A stretch of DNA of 64,000 nt from an uncultured Pseudomonadales bacterium (GTDB taxonomy: Bacteria > Patescibacteriota > Microgenomatia > UBA1400 > UBA1449), in NCBI GenBank assembly GCA_964386355.1, contig CAYLQQ010000004.1, positions 7,505 to 71,504 of the forward strand, read 5' to 3'. The position numbers and the translations under genes were made by a program. The notes under the pieces were generated by a model, which was not told the origin of the DNA, made no database searches, and saw only the letters and a list, made by a program, of their open reading frames with translations. Of this stretch, positions 58,920 through 64,000 are shown in pieces (the stretch's first letter is position 1; every line of letters begins with the position of its first letter).

Positions 58920-61355
58920 TTATTTATCATCATTCCAATCAGCCATTGTTTTGGGAGTACTGGTAGTCATTGGACGTCCTCCACCTTGTGAACCGAAACC
59001 TGGCTTGGGTCCGAAATCACGACGCTGTCCAAATCCTCCGCGGTTGCCTCTATCTCCTCCACGATCTCCACCTCGGCCCCCGAATCCTCCTCTATCTCTT
59101 CCTCCACCACTATAACCTCCACGTGATCCGCCTCTGTCTCCTCCGCCGAATCCACCGCGTGATCCGCCACCGAATCCGCCTCCGCGCTCGCGACCGCCTC
59201 CGCGTTCCATAGCACTTTGGCGTGATTTTTCGATATCATCACCAAACAGCATCGATAAGTTGACTCTTCCCATGTCATCTATCTCATCAACTCTGACTTT
59301 TACAGTCTGACCTTCCTCAACCACATCATGGGGATCAGATACAAATCCAACAGCCATCTTTGAGACATGAATAAGACCTTCCCTGCCAGGAATAACCTCA
59401 GCAAAAGCGCCAAAGTTCATCATACGGGTAATTTTGGCATTCTCAAACACCTCGCCTACCTTAAGCTCACGGGTAATACCTTCAACCCAATCAACTGCTT
59501 GTTTCAGTTTGTCTTCATCCTTAGAAGTAATAACAACCCTACCTTCATCATTGATATCAATCTCGGCGCCAGTTGCTTCAATAATTGCCCGGATAATCCG
59601 TCCGCCCGGACCGATGACTTCACCGATCTGGTCTTTGGCAACGTGCAGAACTTTGATCTTGGGAGCATATCTAGATACTGTAGCCCTGGGAGTACTAATC
59701 AAAGCTGTCATTTTATCAAGGATAAATAGACGGGCATCTTTTGCCTGATCAAGAGCCTGTGACATGACCGCTGTTGTGATTCCTTTAACTTTAATATCCA
59801 TTTGGACAGCCGTTATACCATCAGCAGTACCAGCTACTTTAAAGTCCATATCGCCGATATGATCTTCAAGACCTTGTATATCAGTCAAAACCACGTATTC
59901 ACCTTCGACAATTCCCCGCTCTTCGGATTTAACCATCAGTCCCATTGCAATACCAGCCACCGGTTTTTTGATGGGTACTCCTGCATCCATAAGTGAAAGC
60001 GTAGAACCGCAGGTAGAAGCCATCGATGTGGAACCGTTTGAGGTTACACATTCTGAGACAACCCGAATGGTGTAGGGAAATTCTTCCTCAGAGGGTAGTA
60101 CGGGAATAAGTGCGCGCTCTGCCAGTGCCCCATGCCCAATCTCTCGCCGGGAAGGACTACCCATTCTGCCTGTTTCGCCAACTGAGAAAGGTGGCATGCT
60201 GTAATGATGAATGTAGCGTTTTTCTATCTCACGATCCATGAGCTCAACTGTCTGAGACAGTGAAGGAGCGCCCAAAGTCGTGATAGTCAGAGCTTGTGTT
60301 TCTCCGCGCCTGAACATGCCACTTCCATGAGTTCTTGGTAATAAGCTGACATCAACACTTAAAGGTCGTATCTCAGTCAATTTGCGTCCGTCAAGACGAA
60401 CCTTACGGTCAATAATCTTGTCCCGAGCAGATTGCTTGAACATTTTTTCTAAGATATCTTTTAACCGACTCTTTTTTAGCTCCTGATCCTTAAACTGTTC
60501 CATGATCTGGTCAGCTATAGCAAAGAGGGGTGTTTTATTGATCTTTCCTGCTTTTTCATTGGCAAGAAGTTCATCTATCACAGGTTGAGCCAGCTTGGTA
60601 AGTTCTTTTTCTACTTTCTCATCCAAAGGAGCAGCTTTTTCAACCACAATTTTTTCCTTACCGACTTTTTCTACCAGTCGGTTAATGGATTCGATAATGT
60701 GTTGTGCTTCACCCTTTGCAAAATCTAGGGCTTTAACCATGTCCTGCTCTAATGCTTCTTTGGCACCACCTTCAACCATAACAATTGCATCTTTGCTTGC
60801 AGATACTGTCAAATCTAACTTAGATTCCTTACGTGCTTCATAGCTGGGATTGGCATGTAAATCTCCATTTTGGTCCATAATGACACGGATACCGGCTAAA
60901 GGCCCTTCCCAAGGTAAACCTGAGATAGCCAAAGCTGCCGATGCTGTAGAAATTGCCAGGACATCAATATCATGTTCGTAATCTAAAGACAGGGGGGTTA
61001 ATACCACCTGAACTTCAGCTTTATAACCGTCAGAAAATAGGGGACGGATAGAACGGTCTATCACTCTACCTGTTAGGGTTGCTTCATCGCTGGGTCTGCC
61101 TTCGCGCTTCACCCAACGTGAGCCTTTGATCTTTCCTCCTGCCCAAAGTTTTTCGGCAAATTCTACTTGTAAAGGAAAGTAGTCAAGGTCATCACGCATC
61201 CCGCCACCTACGACGGTTGCCAAAACCATGTTATCACCGCTTCGTCCCACGACGGCGGCAGTTGCGAGAGTGGCTAATCTGCCAACCTCAAATGTGATCT
61301 CGCTGCCATTTATCTTGGCAGTCTCTGTCACAAATTCTTGTGCGTTTGCACTCAT
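58920..61355 (-). CDS. pnp: polyribonucleotide nucleotidyltransferase (PNPase) with a ~100-aa RGG/GGF-rich C-terminal tail
   Basis: Two RNase PH domains, KH and S1 domains, then ERGGGRERGGGFGGGSRGGFGGGDRGG... Confidence 0.9.
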   Translation of the reverse strand: MSANAQEFVTETAKINGSEITFEVGRLATLATAAVVGRSGDNMVLATVVGGGMRDDLDYFPLQVEFAEKLWAGGKIKGSRWVKREGRPSDEATLTGRVIDRSIRPLFSDGYKAEVQVVLTPLSLDYEHDIDVLAISTASAALAISGLPWEGPLAGIRVIMDQNGDLHANPSYEARKESKLDLTVSASKDAIVMVEGGAKEALEQDMVKALDFAKGEAQHIIESINRLVEKVGKEKIVVEKAAPLDEKVEKELTKLAQPVIDELLANEKAGKINKTPLFAIADQIMEQFKDQELKKSRLKDILEKMFKQSARDKIIDRKVRLDGRKLTEIRPLSVDVSLLPRTHGSGMFRRGETQALTITTLGAPSLSQTVELMDREIEKRYIHHYSMPPFSVGETGRMGSPSRREIGHGALAERALIPVLPSEEEFPYTIRVVSECVTSNGSTSMASTCGSTLSLMDAGVPIKKPVAGIAMGLMVKSEERGIVEGEYVVLTDIQGLEDHIGDMDFKVAGTADGITAVQMDIKVKGITTAVMSQALDQAKDARLFILDKMTALISTPRATVSRYAPKIKVLHVAKDQIGEVIGPGGRIIRAIIEATGAEIDINDEGRVVITSKDEDKLKQAVDWVEGITRELKVGEVFENAKITRMMNFGAFAEVIPGREGLIHVSKMAVGFVSDPHDVVEEGQTVKVRVDEIDDMGRVNLSMLFGDDIEKSRQSAMERGGGRERGGGFGGGSRGGFGGGDRGGSRGGYSGGGRDRGGFGGRGGDRGGDRGNRGGFGQRRDFGPKPGFGSQGGGRPMTTSTPKTMADWNDDK

Positions 61356-61647
61356 ACATAATAATCTTTACGGTGGAAGGAATTGTGTTGAGAAGAAGGA
61401 AAAAAAGTGAATGACACCTGTTTTCTTTCCTCTCAATGTCCTTTCAATTCAAAACCACAGAAAAGAGATAATAATAATAAGAAGAGAGATAATTTCCCTC
61501 TTTTTGTAAAAATAACGCTACTGAAAAATCAAAGTTACTAATTTAACCGTACTATACATATCATCAAATGAATCGGAGTCCTCCATAAAAGAGGAAGCAC
61601 TATCCTGAATATCAATCCATTAAATTTAGATTTGATTATGCGGAGTT

Positions 61648-61917
61648 TTAGTTTTTCAATTTCAGCTTCTTGATCAGCTCTTTGTACCGGGCATTCTCTT
61701 TGACTGATAGGTAGTTTAATAGTCTGCGTCTTTTAGAAACCATGGACAATAATCCTTTTCTGGAATGGACATCTTTTCGGTGAAGTTTGAGATGCTCGGT
61801 GAGCTTATTGATAGTGTAGGTCAGAAGGGCTACTTGGACCTCAGGGCTGCCTGTATCGCCATCTTTTGTCGCAAAATCTTTAATGATCTTTTGTTTGTCG
61901 TCGTTTGCTAGTGACAT
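61648..61917 (-). CDS. rpsO: 30S ribosomal protein S15
   Basis: [37 protein letters not shown]; classic rpsO-pnp pair. Confidence 0.9.
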   Translation of the reverse strand: MSLANDDKQKIIKDFATKDGDTGSPEVQVALLTYTINKLTEHLKLHRKDVHSRKGLLSMVSKRRRLLNYLSVKENARYKELIKKLKLKN

Positions 61918-62209
61918 ATGTCTTCCGTAAATTAGCTATATAGCAATATATATGCCGATTTAGGATCGATTCCCAATTATGGGAAATTTATTACATTCTA
62001 TAAATTTTTCTCCTTGTTAAAGGAGACAGGCGCAGTCAAGTGTTTATACACATGACGCATACCTGAGGATTTTATGCTTCGTACTATACTTGTACCTACA
62101 GATAAAACCCATCTGCCTCGACTTCGTTGTGGGCGTCTTCCCTTAACAGGGAAGGAAACTAGATATCAACACTGCGTATTGTATCAGGAAAAAAGTAAAG
62201 TGCAATTCA

Positions 62210-62500
62210 CTAGTATTCATCAGGATGGGTTGAATACGTATGACCTTCTTTACCAGGAAAGTAACGCTTTAATGCATTAACTAAATCACAATATGCTTCA
62301 TTAGTATAAACTTCTATATTATAAGTTGTTTGTCCCCCCGCATTACAACCAACACGGTTCCTATTACACCACTTAAGCATTTCCTCCCATTGGTGATAAG
62401 TTAGCTGATCTACGGTACGTGTAGTTTCAACAGGTCTGTAACAAAAGGCTCGTTCCATCGTGGGTACTCCAGAAGTACGACCATCTTCACAGTGTGTCAT
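62210..62500 (-). CDS. small cysteine-containing protein (hypothetical)
   Basis: 96 aa with 6 Cys/His-rich positions; no family recognised. Confidence 0.25.
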   Translation of the reverse strand: MTHCEDGRTSGVPTMERAFCYRPVETTRTVDQLTYHQWEEMLKWCNRNRVGCNAGGQTTYNIEVYTNEAYCDLVNALKRYFPGKEGHTYSTHPDEY

Positions 62501-62735
62501 ATGTTACTATTTTGGCAGTTCTTTTTTTGTTTTAGTAAATTTCTACGGGCTCATTCCTATAGTTTTCTATTATTGTATGTAAACTTGTCTAAAAATGAAA
62601 TATAAAATAAATTTTGAGCCATCTACACCCATGATCCTACACTCTGAATGGAATGAAACATCCAATAGTAACTACTGATAAAAGTACTATAAATACTCTC
62701 ACAGCAGAATATTTAAGATAAGTAGAGGCAATATT

Positions 62736-63362
62736 CTAGCCTTGTGTTTGCTCGGTATGATGCCGCTCCCAACCTGTTACAAGAGCTTGAAATTGTTCCT
62801 GTGTTATCTGACCTTTATCTAAAGCAATAGCCATATCAATTCGAATTTGAGGCATTTCTGCAACATTTGCCTTGTGAATATCATCTACAAATTCATCAAC
62901 GCTATTTCTAATTTTATACGGCCCATCGGGATCATCTATTGAATCAGGATACATTTCAGCCATTCGCTTAGCTTGTTCTCTAAGAGCTATTGAATCAGGA
63001 TACATTTCAGCCATTCGCTTAGCTTGTTCTTTAGCAGCTAATGCTCTTTGGACTTTTCTATAATTATACGCATCAAGGTTAGTCTCTCTTAATCCTTCCA
63101 TCATTGCTTTGAACTCATCAAAATACTCTTCATACAATTCGGCATGAATTCCGTATTTATCTTTTAATCTATTTTCTACTTGCTCCTCATACGCTAACCA
63201 AGCTTTTTCAAGACCTTCGTTGTGTTTAGTGTAATCTACTGCAGTATCAATTTTCGCCCCAGAGGCTTCAGTGCTTGTGCCCGTTTCTACTGGTGTCTCT
63301 ATATTATCTATTTGAGGGGATGATTTAATTACTTCATGTTCTGGTGAAAATTCTGCTTCCAT
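62736..63362 (-). CDS. hypothetical acidic helical protein containing an in-frame 17-aa tandem duplication
   Basis: Protein repeat ...EQAKRMAEMYPDSI...x2 matches the DNA repeat at 62941-63042. Confidence 0.35.
   Translation of the reverse strand: MEAEFSPEHEVIKSSPQIDNIETPVETGTSTEASGAKIDTAVDYTKHNEGLEKAWLAYEEQVENRLKDKYGIHAELYEEYFDEFKAMMEGLRETNLDAYNYRKVQRALAAKEQAKRMAEMYPDSIALREQAKRMAEMYPDSIDDPDGPYKIRNSVDEFVDDIHKANVAEMPQIRIDMAIALDKGQITQEQFQALVTGWERHHTEQTQG
62941..63042. repeat. 51-bp x2 near-perfect tandem direct repeat inside a CDS
   Basis: GAATCAGGATACATTTCAGCCATTCGCTTAGCTTGTTCT... occurs twice consecutively, differing only at the 3' end. Confidence 0.8.
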
Positions 63363-63423
63363 ATATGCAATATGTTATATTTTATTACAATATTAATTTA
63401 ACATACTGTTTGATCGATAGGAA

Positions 63424-63960
63424 CTAACTCTGTCCCCCCCTATATATTTTAGGTTCTAGCCAGTCGGCTGGCGCTTGAGATGTTCTACTATCATCTGCAT
63501 TTTCTTGTGATTTATTGGTTTCTGAATGAGCAGGCATTTGACTTGCTGTCACCGGTGGTGTTTGTGGTGCTGGATTAAATGGTTGTGGCGTAAAGGGAGC
63601 ATTATACGAGGGTGCTTGTGGTGGCACATATGCAGGCGGGTTCGTATACGGTTGTTGATTGTACCCACCCACTTGAGCTCCAAATGGCGAGTTCCCAAAC
63701 CCTGGTTGTTGTTGCAGAGGCATTGTCAGGTGGTTACGTCTTCCACCTTCTTTCATACACCATGCAATTGCAGCAAAGGTATCTGCGTTTGTTTTGGCAG
63801 CAAAGTTGTTCGTCGCTGCTTCAATACCGGCAATTAGGTTGGTACATAAATCCCCATCCACAGGGAATTTTAAAAACCTTATCAGTTTAGAAACAATCTC
63901 ACTTGTACCCGAAGCTTGTTGCTCAACAACGTTTATGCTCCCAAATGCCTGACCACGCAT
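63424..63960 (-). CDS. hypothetical protein with a Pro/Gln/Tyr-rich C-terminal half; probably 5'-partial (reading frame is open to the window edge)
   Basis: No in-frame stop between 63961 and 64000 upstream of the called Met; C-terminus is low-complexity PxxP/QQP. Confidence 0.3.
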   Translation of the reverse strand: MRGQAFGSINVVEQQASGTSEIVSKLIRFLKFPVDGDLCTNLIAGIEAATNNFAAKTNADTFAAIAWCMKEGGRRNHLTMPLQQQPGFGNSPFGAQVGGYNQQPYTNPPAYVPPQAPSYNAPFTPQPFNPAPQTPPVTASQMPAHSETNKSQENADDSRTSQAPADWLEPKIYRGGQS

Positions 63961-64000
63961 ATCACCAGAGATAATGATAGAATCTCTGTCTGCAAACAGG

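Noticed and set aside
62040-62180. Possible SRP RNA or tRNA-like element (CAGGGAAGGAAAC resembles the SRP GGAAGGAAG motif)
   Set aside because: The complementary strand of the helix and a GNRA tetraloop could not be found; no cloverleaf could be built; left uncalled

Overview
Low-GC (~40%) bacterial window. The content points to a reduced-genome Candidate Phyla Radiation / Patescibacteria-like organism: L30 is absent, r-proteins carry tail extensions, there are archaeal-type enzymes, a sortase, and many small membrane ORFs. The core is a ~35 kb block of co-directional minus-strand genes (4.3-40.0 kb): mltG, rpoB-rpoC, rpsL-rpsG-fusA, two non-canonical inserted genes, tuf, and the S10-spc-alpha operons (rpsJ...rplQ, including secY-adk-cmk-map-infA-rpmJ) with rplM-rpsI. 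Embedded among them are two Nudix hydrolases, an IMPase/FBPase, an SDR and a cupin. The plus strand carries an HD hydrolase, an acyltransferase-like protein, a PPAT/DUF359 fusion, a tRNA-binding protein, nadD-nadE and a ceramidase-like 7TM hydrolase. Downstream lie ruvX, a sortase followed by an 797-aa bitopic membrane protein, alaS (no C-Ala domain), YtxH/DUF948/RodZ-like envelope proteins, ftsK, RNase J, a Lon-derived AAA+ ATPase with no protease domain beside a large polytopic membrane protein, and rpsO-pnp (PNPase with an RGG tail). No rRNA, tRNA or CRISPR was found by eye. Non-coding signals worth follow-up: a two-copy palindromic element family; duplicated ~100-bp spacers inside the S10 operon; hairpin-plus-T-tract structures sitting directly in front of rpoB, fusA, rplC and rpsJ; and a 51-bp in-frame tandem duplication. 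The ORF track uses alternative start codons (e.g. TTG at rpoB), so some starts are approximate.
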